Shown here: in pieces, positions 48,501 through 64,000 of the stretch | Layout of the letters: each line of letters begins with the position of its first letter | How positions within the stretch are numbered: the stretch's first letter is position 1 | From: Balanoglossus misakiensis | Taxonomy: Eukaryota > Animalia > Hemichordata | Assembly (NCBI GenBank): GCA_040954595.2 | Contig: CM082581.2 | Location: 6,502,699 to 6,566,698, forward strand | Direction: 5' to 3' | DNA length: 64,000 nt | Translations under genes and position numbers: made by a program | Notes under the pieces: generated by a model | What the model was told of the DNA's origin: nothing | The model's database searches: none | The model's input: only the letters and a program-made list of their open reading frames with translations

Positions 48501-50649
48501 AGCAGCATGCAAAAAGGAAAGAAATGAACCACTTGTGTGATACTGACAATGATATGTTAATTATGCATCTATCTGGGAGGGTTGTGTTACTGATAAAACA
48601 AGCAATATCATTCCTTCCACTGGTGCAGATTACTTTACCCTGTTGATAAGGACACGTATATTGAAAAGGCCTGGTCCATTGGGGGGGGGGATGGGTAATT
48701 AAAAGAATGTAAATGATTAGATACATTTCAGGTGTTACTATTTGGAATTGCGTCAATATATTACAGCATAAATTTGTTCTGATATTTTAACAGAATCCTG
48801 GGTTGAACTTCACTATGCCCAGAATGGAGGAGGTCAGCATGAATCACAGACCGGAATCCCACTGTCAGTGCACAGCGGGAACATGGAAAAACTTCTGATG
48901 GAAGCACAGAGGGAATCCTCCAGATCCACATCCAGGGGCAGCTCACAAGGTGGAAGGTGGGTTTTGGGAAATTCAACAAACAATATTTTTGGCAGGGACA
49001 TTGTAATGTGCCCAGTGAAATTGTGTTGTTTTCAGCTATCTTCCACGTATAGCATAGGCAGTAGGATGTGATCTTCTAAAGTGATGACATCATAGACTAT
49101 TTTTAATAATATTTTATTTTTGGTCTTTGACAGCCCCAAGACACCAAATAGTCCAATAAGTTCAGCAGCTGGTTCAACTACTGGGTCGCCGTTTGGACAT
49201 GTAGATCCACATCCCCCAATTCAGGTACGTGCAAGAATTCAACAAACTTCAGATTTCTGCAAAATTTATCATATCTAAAACTCCCCCTATCAGTAGGCTG
49301 ACCTAAATATTCTTGCTCTGTGTGGATTTTTAGTGTTTCATTTTTTTTAAATCCACACAAAACCACCTGTAACACAATAGCTTGTACAAATATGCTGAGC
49401 AAACAGAGTTGAAAGGAATGTTCAGTTTACACAAATTGTACATTTGAACTCATTTTGATAGTTTTACTGTCACCATTTAACTTGATGTGGGGTTGGTGGA
49501 TGTTAAACCACCATGGCCTGATTTTGGCCAGTATTGCCAATGTATTTGATGATTCGGGGGCCAAGTTCATCAAATGTGTATATTACCACCCTGTCCTGTT
49601 CACATCATTATGTACATATACATGTACACAAACATTTCAAACGCAGAATTTCCAATAATTTTGGTCTGTTTCAATTACTGTTTGTAGCTTGGTCTAGCTC
49701 AGGGTATGGTAGACACAGCAGGTACTGGAGAGTGGATATGGGACTGGTCAAGTAGGCCTGAAACGCGTCCTCCAAAGTAAGTGCGCATAAATGTCATATT
49801 TGTACCTCTTTTAATAGCGCAGAGGGACAACAGGGGTATGATGGAAGTAGCTCTGTTGTCAATGAATGAAAAAATAAGTGGGATAAAGTCCAATGATAAC
49901 TGGGTTATCCTCAAGAACACTGTTCAAGGGGAAAAAACACTGACAGTAAACAAAGCATCAATGATGTCATTGTGCACATAGAGTCCATTTATAATACTTT
50001 TCACAAATTGACCCTCTTCGTAAGTCAGCTAAAGGTCAGTCACAGTAAACAGGATATGTTTACTAACTGTGTATACTGTTAGACATAATAGATGAATGTT
50101 AACATACTAACTGTTGTGTGTTGCTATATACTCGATTTTAAAGCTTTATGTGAACTTCTAACCCTCTTGCTAATACACCGATGAGCTACTCCTGAGAATT
50201 TGTGTGGAATAATCTATTACGTAATTATTTTAACTAAATATTTTGTCTCTGTCTGCTTTTTTTTTTTGTACAGAGAATTCAAATTCAAGCACCCAGACAG
50301 AAAGACAACTCTGAGTATGAGGAAGTCAAAAGCCATGAAAAGTGGAATATTTTCAACAGAATTTCTTAGTGTATTCATTCCATCTCTCATCTTGTCTCAT
50401 CTCTTAACCCTGGGAGTAGGGTAAGTATTTTTGAAGTGTCCTCTATTTAGACAAGACAGTGTGTTAACACATATATATGTATATTTGGGGGGGGGGGGGG
50501 TTGTGTTACAAATGGTACAGTACCCCTTTAATGTGCAGTCACATTTACTCTAATAAAATTTTCTTCTCACGTAAAATAATACTTTTATCATTCCTTGGTC
50601 TTGCAGAATCTACATAGGAGCCCGCTTAGCATCAAACAAGACTTCCTAG
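45517..50649 (+). CDS. BNIP3: BNIP3/BNIP3L(NIX) mitophagy receptor, 191 aa, 6 exons
   Basis: Exons 45517-45559, 48794-48956, 49134-49224, 49688-49776, 50274-50420, 50607-50649 join in frame (576 nt). Motifs: [40 protein letters not shown]-terminal [23 protein letters not shown]. Confidence 0.95.
48794..48956 (+). CDS. BNIP3: BNIP3 exon 2 (LIR WVEL; [12 protein letters not shown])
   Basis: cag/gtgggt; conserved motifs. Confidence 0.93.
49134..49224 (+). CDS. BNIP3: BNIP3 exon 3 (SPKTPNSP...PPIQ)
   Basis: cag/gtacgt; frame consistent. Confidence 0.88.
49688..49776 (+). CDS. BNIP3: BNIP3 exon 4 ([16 protein letters not shown])
   Basis: tag/gtaagt; family signature. Confidence 0.93.
50274..50420 (+). 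CDS. BNIP3: BNIP3 exon 5 (EFKFKHP...SHLLTLGVG)
   Basis: cag/gtaagt; transmembrane segment. Confidence 0.95.
50607..50649 (+). CDS. BNIP3: BNIP3 exon 6 ([13 protein letters not shown])
   Basis: cag acceptor, TAG at 50647-50649. Confidence 0.92.
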
Positions 50650-51291
50650 ACACCCATATGCCATTGCAGCCATGCTGTGGTCGAGCAGAAGTTGCAGTTA
50701 CAAGGCTAGATGCAGTTTCAACAGATCAAGTTGAATCTGTATAGCCTTTAATACCAGATCCCTGCCTGAACTAAAAACTGCATCATCGTCAAGACAAAAT
50801 AGAAAAATCTCATGTTAGAGTCTTAGTTGTTCCCTCACAATTGCTGAGCATTTTTTTTAAATTTTGAATTATCATATAAAAACAAGTTTTCCTCCCTTCT
50901 TCTTTTTAGCTTTGCTTTCCAAAAATTGTAACAAAGATATATGTGTATCAAGCCACAAAAAAATAGTATTTTATGTATATAACTATAAATATTCAACGGG
51001 CCATCAGTTTTTGGGCCCCATCAATGGCATTATTTGAAATTTAATTAATAATTAGTTTCCAATTTCTCTGCATGTCTGTAGTGAAAATTATAACATTCTT
51101 TCAGCGCCATGAGTTGTGTAATTCTGTAAAACGAAAAAAAAAAAAAAGATTCCAACTAAAGTAGAAAATTATGATACCAACATTGCCTCAATCATAGTCT
51201 TCATGTGAAAACTTCGCATATCAAAATCTGTGAAAATCTTTTGTATCGTATTTTTGTCAGCGGGAATATGCCAGATCTGTTTTATTTGAGA

Positions 51292-51297
51292 AATAAA
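51292..51297 (+). terminator. Candidate BNIP3 polyadenylation signal (alternative at 52084-52089)
   Basis: AATAAA followed by T/GT-rich sequence. Confidence 0.35.
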
Positions 51298-53388
51298 AGC
51301 AATTTTATATTAAGTGTTTTTGGGGGGAGGGGAGAATATTGCATCAGGTATTTCATGCATTTGTGATTTGACTGCCAGAGCTCAGTGCAAAACCCGAGGC
51401 AGGTTGGTAACTTTCTGTAGTGTATCATTAAAATACCGCTGTTTTAGATGTTAATCTTTAAGAGAAAGTCAAATGGATAGATGTTCTAGTAGTGAAACTT
51501 GTTATTACTGATAATTCTGTACTCAGCAAACCTGTCCATGGACAGGCGCCTGCTGAGTCATCATACCAGCTACCTCTGCTATCAGAAAAAAAAGTGTCTC
51601 AATTAAACATGCCTTCTAGGTCAACGTGACTTAGATTGCAGGCGAAATCCAAACACCTGTTCTAACACTGGCATACCAGTTTTATCTGACACGTCACACA
51701 CACACACACTGCATGTACCTAAGCGAAATTTTCACGTACGTGTATAACGCATTTCTTGTGGTTTCAAGTTTCACTATATTCTGTGTATGCTCATGTGTAA
51801 TTGTGTTAGTAGTCGATTTCCTTCCAACGAGCAAATCCTTCAGAAGTATTTTAGGTCAAAAACGGAAGAGATACTTCCAATAATCTCATTTACATGACGT
51901 GTACGTTTGCCATGTATTGCTATTGGCTGCGTATTGCTTTTAATACCGGTACTTGTTTCCACAAAAGTTCGATTGGGAAGGCTTGCAAGCAAAGTGAATT
52001 GCTAATATTTTGACTGAAGGGGGAAAATTAGTTTTTGAGTAACAGACACAGTTTACTTTTTACGATTATTGAAAAGATTGTCTAATAAAAACGTTGTCCT
52101 GTAGGTTGAGAAAGAATATTGAGAGTTACCTGCAGGAAATTCACCAACCAGACATTTCCTAACCACCAGATGGGCTGTGGCTTGAAATTGGGTTAGGTAG
52201 TTGTATGGTTAGGGTAGATCTCCAGCAGGTACCGTAATATATACTGACTTCAAAAAAATGGTTTCTCAAAATAATGCTCTAATCATGGAAATAAGTTGGA
52301 CTGTTGTTCCTTGTATGACCTGAACCTATAAGCTGTATTTTGTTGTCATAGCATGATGTAACGTGACAATTTGTTGTGTGCAACACCATTAAAGCACAGA
52401 CCATCTGCATTTTAAATTTTTCCTGCATTTGTGAATAATTCAGTTTTGATGTCCGAGTATTTTCACCCTTCAGCATGCATGAAAGAACTGAGACAAATCA
52501 CGTCATTTTTTTCCTTGTCAAAGCGAAATTTTGATTTTAAATTATTCGATTCAAGGGGATTTTAGACACACATAAATAGTCATAAAATTCCAACAATTGA
52601 TTTTGACTGACCGCTGTATACCGCCAAGTATGGTAAATTTTCAGGTCTAGACAGATACGCACAAAATGTGAAAAGCCAACAAAAATCCAAGGGCAGTGGT
52701 AGTCTGGTGGTTACCGTGGTGATTTGTACAGTTTTGTGAAAACACAGTCTGATTTTGCTTTGCAGTTGCATTCATTTCTAATTAGTGTACGTATAATTAA
52801 TTGTACCCCTGTAATAGCCACACAAACTTTAGTTTTAGGAGCGAGAGAAAAAAAAATCAGTTATGTAAGATCTATATATAGACATAATATAGTGTGTTAT
52901 TGAGATTTGCCAGATCATGTAGTGTTCATTGTTTATCCTAGTATAATATGCTGTGGAATAAACCTGCTGTTGCAAGCAACCATCTTTTGCTGTGTCAGCC
53001 TGTTTGTTGCGTGTCATCTGCAGGGTGATTGTACCATATGAGCAGAAGTAGCATATTATTATAACACTCACACACACACCCACCACACTAGTTCTCCGTT
53101 ACATGCCATCAGTATTGATAAACACAGCAAAATAATGAAGATTGATTCTGGAACACTAAATTGACTTGATTAATGTTCTCATGAGGTATGAAAAATTGTA
53201 TGAAAATCATGACTCCAAGGTAACAAGATGTGGAATCACAGACCCTATAATTCCCTTGACACCTCACTGTAAAACTTCATTTTTGGGGGCGCTGTTCACA
53301 CTGGCTACACTTCGAGAGCTGTGGTTTCACACTAAAAGCAATGCCACTGAACTGATGGCAAGCGTTTGCAATAAAATATCTGGAAGAC

Positions 53389-53394
53389 TTTATT
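53389..53394 (-). terminator. Candidate SFXN2 polyadenylation signal
   Basis: AATAAA on the minus strand ~700 nt after the stop. Confidence 0.35.
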
Positions 53395-54092
53395 CACCTC
53401 TCAAATTTCGCAATGTACTTCTTGACCCATTCCTAAAGACTCATGAGACAAAAATTAGTAAATGATCATGATCACAGACTCAACATAATAGAAAACGTGT
53501 ACTGAATCAGTTCCATTTGACTTTAGACAGGTTAATTATACTTCACAATTGCATCTTACATTTGTTTGCATCTGAAACTACATTAATGCCCACTTTGTAG
53601 AAAATGCAGAATTTAAAAAACATTACTGGTTTTAGAACCACCACCAGATACTAATTAAAATATCCCATCTATTTTCTGTACTTTGACTTTTTGCAAATAA
53701 TGACCCCTACTGGTAATAACTATTAGAGCACGGACACTCCAATGTGGATTTGAGTTACGGTAGTTTGAAAATTTCTAGAAATTTCTTTGCACCAAGCCCT
53801 ATACCTTTACATTCAGTGTATAGATGATTTTCTTGTGTCACCAGTGAGAGTCGATCTGTGGAGTGTCATATTGAATTAGACGACACACTGGTTTTGAGGT
53901 AGGGATACAGCCCTCGGAGACCGCTGACCCCCATTGTGACTGTGGCATCATGCGACCAAACAGAACCCTCTGTAAATTTGAGATGACATCAGTAGTATGT
54001 TGAGAGGTTTTGCAGTGGTTCAAAGTGATGTGTGCGTATACCTAAGACGTGAAAGTCACTCCTTGCCGGTACGGTGTGCATGGGAAACAACA

Positions 54093-54192
54093 TCACAGAC
54101 CCTTGTTAAAATAGACAGTGTCCAGTGACTCTCCATACTTCTTTTGAATTTCTTGTCTGACATCGGCTTCTAGCTTGCTAACTTTCATGGAG
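54093..54192 (-). CDS. SFXN2: SFXN2 coding exon 9
   Basis: SMKVSKLE...VYFNKGL*. Confidence 0.93.
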
Positions 54193-57100
54193 CTGAAACC
54201 AAAGACAAAAAGGTTTCATGCTACATGTAGTCACCTACAAGACGCCTATCTCAAACCCTGTCCCACACCACAGCCTAACTGGTGGATGGGAAATATCGGT
54301 GAGGTAAATGTTCTGGGGTAACTGCTGAGCACACTTTTGTTGAATTTACAATGATGTTTTTGTTCACAAATGAATGCTATTCTGTTTATACATACATTTA
54401 TCAATATATGATTGATAATTCTCATAAAAATAATCAGATTCCGTGTAAACAGCTTACTTACCATTTTTGAGGAAATATACTACATGAAATTGGGGTCATG
54501 AATAGAAGACTAGAAAAAAAAAGGAGAAAGATAGAAGAAAGTTTCATTAGTGTACACCTTATGACAAAAAATGCGAGTCAGTTGAACTTTAAACCATTCA
54601 CCCCCATTTCCCTCTTCAGAGGTCCAACTTTACTGTACAAAACAACGAATTTGGACCAAACTATGGCAGTGAAAGGTTTAAAAGTATGTGTTACTTACAA
54701 GCAACCAACAGCCAGAGTTTGAAATGGAGCGTGCAGGAACGTGACACTGCGGAACCAATTGTACCTTTCAAGTCTTTGCATAATAATTGGTAAAATTACT
54801 GAATAATTGGAGAAAAGAAAGGAAACAATAATAGGTAATTGATTGCTTTGGAGGTTAAAGAAATTGATCTTGTCAAGAAAACGTCAAACACATCAATGTT
54901 CAATTTCATCAAAATACACGATGTAAAAAAAAAAGTGTAACAAATAAAGTCTATGTTTTGAAAGTGAACATTTCATGTGTAACTCTATTGTGGAAAGTGG
55001 TAAGACTGTTCTATTTTACAACTTACACATTCCTGGAGCAGCCATGCTGATTCTTGAAAACACAACTTGAGATATTGCCTTTCTGGCAGCTTTCTGCAAT
55101 GAACAGAGAAGATAGAATAAACTTCTTCTTTTTTATGTTATGCATGGGGAGAATTGATATGTATGTAAGATATCACAGAATAACAAATGAACTTGCTTAG
55201 ACCGTCCATTTCCCAAAGGACCAGCTCAGACTCAGACTGTCGTAAATTCCAATAACTTTCCCTCAGTGTGAGCTTGACTTATTTTGGCATTGTAGTTAGA
55301 ACAAAATAAACAGGAACAGCAAACATATGATCATCCTTGGAGAGCTAGAAGCCAATTCTCTGATGGCATACATACACTGATCCCGGAACCAAGCACGATA
55401 CTAACCCACCTGCAGGAATCAAATGGTTCAAGTATGGAAAACAAGAGTGATAAGACAATGAATGTTAATAAGAATCAGTGATGGATAATGAATATTCTCA
55501 CCTGTGATTTTCCAACCTGGTTGCCATTGGCATCAAAGAGGATGATGCCGTCGATGACCTCACGCTGCCTCATCATGGGAATGTTGACACAATTGGCAGA
55601 AGCCACAGCAGCGAACGGTACATACCTGGCCAGTAGTGGTGGGGCAGTCTGTGAATAAAATATGGTTACAGATTGTGACAGACTTCGCTGAGTCATTAAT
55701 GACATTACAGGGTAAATTCAAATATGCAAATCGGGTATATTAAATATTACTTTTCAGTAATTTCACATCTGTTTTGCCGATTGTTATGTACACAGTACAG
55801 CCAACATCTGTTTAAAAAACTTGAGGCTTCTACTACTGTAAGAATTGTTACTGTTTTTTTATACATGTACTCACTTTTGTTAAAGAATTCAGTCCTAGTG
55901 CTGTTATAAGGGCACTGCTTGTTGCTGTCACATATGCTAGACCAATTTGCCTGAAAGGAAATGTAAAGATAGTGATAACCCAGAAGCTAAAGAGTGAAAT
56001 GAAATCACCTTATGCTTTCAGAGTTAAGGATTTGCAGCCCAGAGGCCTTCACATTTCAAAACAGATAGAAACAAAAGTACTGTTAATTACACCATAGAGG
56101 GTGCAATCTTCCCTGGTACAGGTGAGGTATTTGTAAAGTACAATCTGTACGAAGAAATGACATATTGACATACAGAAATGTGCTGCTCTCTTTTTCACTG
56201 AAAAGTGCAGCATGTTGGATAATGTCCCAAGACATGCACAAAGCTTACTTATTAGTTATCGGAGAGGCAGCATTCCTGTTGGTGTAATTGACGAGCGCAT
56301 TGAAGGATTGGTTGATCCACTGCCACAACACCACAGCATGCCAACTCCTGCAAGAAAGAAAAATATAAAGAACACATTCACTGCTAAGTGGCAGTCTGGG
56401 TGAAAAGAAAAAAGTCAACAAGTGTCAGGGCTTAGCTCTTATAATCAGAATCAACATGAATCACCTGACAATGTTTACAATGCCCATTTGAGAAGTAGCT
56501 TGACAAAGGAATTTATCAATCAAAAGCAACTGTGTCAGATTGCTTCACATCAGAACAAGACGAGATTTACTAACTTGTAAAACTGCAGCATGCCACCTGT
56601 GATGATCATACCACCTGGCACCTGACAAGACATTCGACCAATCAAATTCTGTTTCTCCCCAGAGTCAGGATGAAATGCAGACATGTATAATTTCTGAGCA
56701 AAATAAAGTTGCTCTTCTGTAGTTCCAGGTGGTTCTGTACCCAGCCTGAAACAAATAATAATAAGATTAATATTTGTAGGATTATCTTTCTACATTTACC
56801 TTATAGTGTGGATGATTATAATCATTTCAGTTTTACAATGAATTTAAATTATATAAACACTAATAACAATTATCTACCATACATGCATGACACATGATTT
56901 ACAGCTAATTCTAAGATAGACAAGTCTGTATGTTGTATGTCTATTTGTATGTAAATTATCTACATATGTGTAAGTAGATGTGTTAATTTTTGTTTAAAGC
57001 TATTGTATTGTATTGTATTGTATTGTATTGTTGCCATCAGCTGACCCATTTGCCAGATTCTCTGATAGCGCCTCTTTCAACATATCACAAAGATGCACTC

Positions 57101-57368
57101 TAATTTGAGTTACTGACTCAGTCCGATCTAAAGTGTACATTCTTGAGTGGAACACTACTATTGGTGTTATTTACCTGTACTCCTCTACTAATCTTTTGGC
57201 ATCGTCCAGTTGTTTTTCGCTGCAGGCCAGAGTTCTTGGGTCGGTTATATTGAAGAAGTGCTTGAGTCTCCCCGTGAAGGTGCTCTGGTCCCATCTTGGA
57301 GCATCAATATCAATCCTCCCCTTGATGGTCTGAACAACTACCGACTCTTCATTGACAAAATTTGTCAT
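54093..57368 (-). CDS. SFXN2: Sideroflexin-2 (mitochondrial inner-membrane carrier), 333 aa, 9 coding exons
   Basis: Exons 57368-57175, 56745-56575, 56347-56249, 55950-55875, 55648-55502, 55093-55027, 54798-54699, 54509-54462, 54192-54093 join in frame (1002 nt). Motifs [77 protein letters not shown] fit the SFXN2 subtype best. Confidence 0.94.
54462..54509 (-). CDS. SFXN2: SFXN2 coding exon 8
   Basis: [15 protein letters not shown]; tag/gtaagt. Confidence 0.9.
54589..54681. mobile_element. 93-bp TTAA-flanked MITE (piggyBac-like), copy A
   Basis: TTAA at both ends, imperfect TIRs; about 73/93 identical by hand count to the reverse complement of 57527-57619. Confidence 0.75.
54699..54798 (-). 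CDS. SFXN2: SFXN2 coding exon 7
   Basis: [10 protein letters not shown]...[12 protein letters not shown]; cag/gtaagt. Confidence 0.92.
55027..55093 (-). CDS. SFXN2: SFXN2 coding exon 6
   Basis: [22 protein letters not shown]; cag/gtaagt. Confidence 0.92.
55502..55648 (-). CDS. SFXN2: SFXN2 coding exon 5
   Basis: [28 protein letters not shown]...GKSQ; cag/gtgaga. Confidence 0.93.
55875..55950 (-). CDS. SFXN2: SFXN2 coding exon 4
   Basis: [25 protein letters not shown]; cag/gtgagt. Confidence 0.92.
56249..56347 (-). CDS. SFXN2: SFXN2 coding exon 3
   Basis: [22 protein letters not shown]; cag/gtaagc. Confidence 0.93.
56575..56745 (-). CDS. SFXN2: SFXN2 coding exon 2
   Basis: LGTEPPGTT...GMLQFYK; cag/gttagt. 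Confidence 0.92.
57001..57030. repeat. (TATTG)6 microsatellite
   Basis: Direct reading. Confidence 0.9.
57175..57368 (-). CDS. SFXN2: SFXN2 coding exon 1
   Basis: MTNFVNEES...EEYR; acceptor at 57383, donor gtaaat. Confidence 0.92.
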
Positions 57369-57526
57369 GATGTTCAAAACAGCTGCAATATACAGTGTAT
57401 TGTAGTGTTAGCCAATTATTCATATTCATTCAGTCATTGGATTGAAATCAGACAGTTACATTTCACTTTCAACACCAACACTTTTCATACACATTGAAAC
57501 TATGCACTTTTGAGGAAAGTCTCACT

Positions 57527-57619
57527 TTAACCCTTTCACCACCATGGTTCAGTCTGAACACATTGATTTCTATGGTAAGGTTGGACCTCTGAAGAGGGAA
57601 CTGGGGGTGAAATGGTTAA
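57527..57619. mobile_element. 93-bp TTAA-flanked MITE (piggyBac-like), copy B, inverted relative to copy A
   Basis: ttaaccctttcacc...ggtgaaatggttaa TIRs; same length as copy A. Confidence 0.8.
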
Positions 57620-57904
57620 CACACTAGTATTTTTATTTCACACTTGCATTCACGCTGGCGAGCTCCATTTGATATCCTGACAACACGCTTTCCTGGTTTC
57701 CATTCGATCACCGCCTCCCCCAATATGCTTTCTTGCCACATCACCAACGTATCAAGACGCAGCATTCCAACTTTGATCCAAGTGTCACTCGAGCTCACAG
57801 AACTCAAGCTGTCAAATGGATGGGAAAAGCCATGCAAATGAACAATCATGGGCTTTCTGCTCGCACCAGCAATAAAACAGAGAAGATGCCATTCTTTCAC
57901 TTAC

Positions 57905-57975
57905 CTAGCGACCACCTGAATTACCCTGCTGCTCTACCACCACACCTTGATATGCAATATGTTTTCGTCTGAAAA
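57905..57975 (-). other. SFXN2: Probable non-coding first exon of SFXN2
   Basis: Strong TAG|gtaagtg donor at 57904 between the promoter and the acceptor at 57383; 5' end approximate. Confidence 0.55.
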
Positions 57976-58093
57976 TGAAAATGTCGTCTGACCTTTGAAC
58001 TCATGTCACCAGGCATGCGTATTTCACAACAGAAGTCCCAGGATGCACTAGGTGTGACGTCACGCATAGTTACCCCGGCACAGTGTCTTCAAA
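57976..58093. promoter_or_regulatory. Bidirectional SFXN2/ARL3 promoter with palindromic CRE
   Basis: Less than 200 bp between the SFXN2 first-exon donor (57904) and the ARL3 ATG (58094); TGACGTCA at 58055-58062; X-box-like GTTACCCCGGCAC immediately after. Confidence 0.7.
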
Positions 58094-61748
<3,655 letters not shown>

Positions 61749-63282
61749 ATTTGCTTCGTTTTGAAGCCCAGCCCTTTCAGGAAATTCCCCTCCCTCTCCC
61801 CCCCCCCCCCCCCCCCCCCCCCCATCCTTCCTGCACCCTCTTCTCCGGACAGTGGGATGTGTCTACCCCAGTTCTGCACAAAATGGTAGTATGTCTGTCG
61901 TCACGTGCAGCATTCCCAGTTTTACAGATGTATTGTAACACACCGGTTTTAGTGTATGGTCTTTGAAAAAGCAGTGGCCTACATATACATACTGAATGAT
62001 TTCACGTCACGTTAAATTTTAGAACGAGTTTACACCAAAATTCTAAAGAGACCTCGGTGTGGCCACTTGGGGTCAGAGGTCGCACGAATAATTACCTTCA
62101 ATGACTTGTGACACAGTGTCAGTTGCAAGGCATGTACTTAAATTGGATATTTATGACAAGAGAACAAATGAAGTCACCATGTTGTTGTAGGAAACTGACT
62201 TTTTCAGCATTCTTTGAAATAGTAGAAAAATTCTTTCCTGTTTGGGTTTGAATAGCTGCTGCCACAAAACCCTGTCCTCTGTTGGCAGACAGCACAAGAA
62301 AAAAAAAGTTTCAAATCATTTACTGCACAAAATTGCATAAGTACATGTACATTATCTGCAGCATATCACATTTGGAGAAACCTTAAATTTCCTGAATAAC
62401 AGGAAAACTAGACGTAGAATTATCCAAACAAGTATGTCCAGACTTGTTTTAGTTATTAACCGCATTTTAATTGTTTGTAGAAAATATAGGGTACTTACTA
62501 GTCTAATTTTACACAGAGAGAGGTGTAAAAGGTATCTGTGTTGTTTGTTTGTTTTCCAGTTATCTTATTTTGCCCAGGTTTGGGCGAAAAACTTATAATC
62601 AAATGATGGATGTATATTTTGAGATATTTAAATTCTGAATGTGAACTTTGACCGTCTCCGTGGTGCCATCCTGCTTAACTTTTGAATCCAGAGATGTATT
62701 CTTGCATTATATAGACACTCACAGACTTGTGTGGACTGCCCATTGAGTGGAATCTGACAGGTCTGTGTCATTTGCGCTTCGGTATAAACCTAATATTACA
62801 TTGTGGCCGCAAGAAACCTTTGGCTGACATGTATGTAATTCCTCCCCCCTTCTTACCCATCATGTGAAAAAAGAATAGTCTTTTTAGTTTTTGAGAAATT
62901 TACAATTAACTCCCACATGTTGAAAATAAAGGGTGTTGACCTGAGACTTTTTGCACCTTCAAAAGCAAATCCTACATGTACATTGAAATGTATAAGGTGG
63001 TAGCTTGCTTGTCTTTTTTAAAAGTTTGCAGGTCAGGTCTTGACAATTGTGTGGTATTGTACATCAATTTTATGCCCCGTCAATCTGTTCGGAAATTCTT
63101 ACTTTTCCACCCTGTCCAAAAAAAAACCTAGATAGGCAAGCTCCCAGTAAAAAAATATATACAGTGAGCTAGAACCATAGCTGCTGTTTGTATTTAATAG
63201 TTAGAGCCTGATGAAATCCTTTCCCTGAAACTGTTGTCAGCCCCATGACTTTTATAAACTTTAAGTTACATACTCTGTTTAG

Positions 63283-63288
63283 AATAAA
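63283..63288 (+). terminator. Candidate ARL3 polyadenylation signal (alternatives 62925-62930, 63372-63377)
   Basis: AATAAA with a downstream T-rich element. Confidence 0.35.
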
Positions 63289-64000
63289 TGTTCGCTTTTT
63301 TATGTTTTGTCTACACTTGTATCATTCCATGTCAGTGGCGGGTATAAGCCAGCAATTGTTATCTCAACAAAAATAAATTTGACGTGTTGTCTGCGAGATA
63401 TAAATGTTGCACTTTTAACTTCAAAACCTTGATGTTATGTAAAGAACTCGCTATTGGTAGAATTTGTCAATCAGCCCAATTCTCTTTGCTATAGCTACCC
63501 CCTCCCATCCCCCCACCTCATTAAGGCGCACATGGGTAAATGTGTCAGCTCAAAACTGCAGTTTGCATCCTCAATAACGCAGTGCGAAATCTGATAATTA
63601 CCACTTTTGTTTGAAATACAGAGTTGTGGTATATACATTCATTATTGTGAAGTTCCTAACCTTTAATGGAAAAAAGTGCAAATATTTCTTAAACCGTCAA
63701 GTTTTGAAGAAAAAGATGGCATACCTTTGTCTTTTGAGAATTTCAAGAGTACACTCATTTTTATGAAAAATCTTAGTGTATTCATTTTTTTTGCAAGATT
63801 GAAGAAAAAAAATAATGCCGTTAATACTTGCGGCTGAAATGAGAAATATGTTGAAAATATGATTCTGTCAGACTACTGTACTTTTCATTTGTTATGGAGG
63901 ACTCCACTTGATCTGATACTTATTGAGATGTTGTAAGTCATTTACTTAGTATGTGTGTATATCCTGTCAGGTTTTATCAGTGTAGCCTCTTTTGGAAGAA

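Noticed and set aside
58075-58092. CAGTGT loop near the SFXN2/ARL3 promoter as an iron-responsive element
   Set aside because: Flanking bases do not form the required 5-bp upper stem, and it lies on the ARL3 strand.
63207-63233. CTGATGA...GAAA hammerhead-like core
   Set aside because: No stem II pairing between the core motifs.

Overview
AT-rich, intron-containing animal genomic DNA, probably from a marine invertebrate (taxon not determinable from sequence alone). Four spliced genes were reconstructed by hand from GT-AG boundaries and reading frame. (1) A JAKMIP/Marlin-family coiled-coil gene on the minus strand (ATG 39871, running off the left edge). All its introns are phase 0, and it contains a giant 5,529-nt exon (921-6449), giving at least ~2,895 aa versus ~800-850 aa for vertebrate JAKMIPs. 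(2) BNIP3/NIX mitophagy receptor (+, 6 exons, 191 aa). (3) Sideroflexin-2 (-, 9 coding exons, 333 aa). (4) ARL3 (+, 5 exons, 180 aa), head-to-head with SFXN2 across a very short shared promoter. Both divergent pairs (JAKMIP/BNIP3 and SFXN2/ARL3) match adjacent pairs on human 10q. The most interesting system is the JAKMIP locus: a frame-neutral giant exon built from a ~14-residue repeat, several candidate internal first exons, many RFX X-boxes, and a 15-nt microexon with a UGC/RBFOX signature. Small MITEs, microsatellites and a structured intergenic island are also present. Protein comparisons are from recall; no database search was run.
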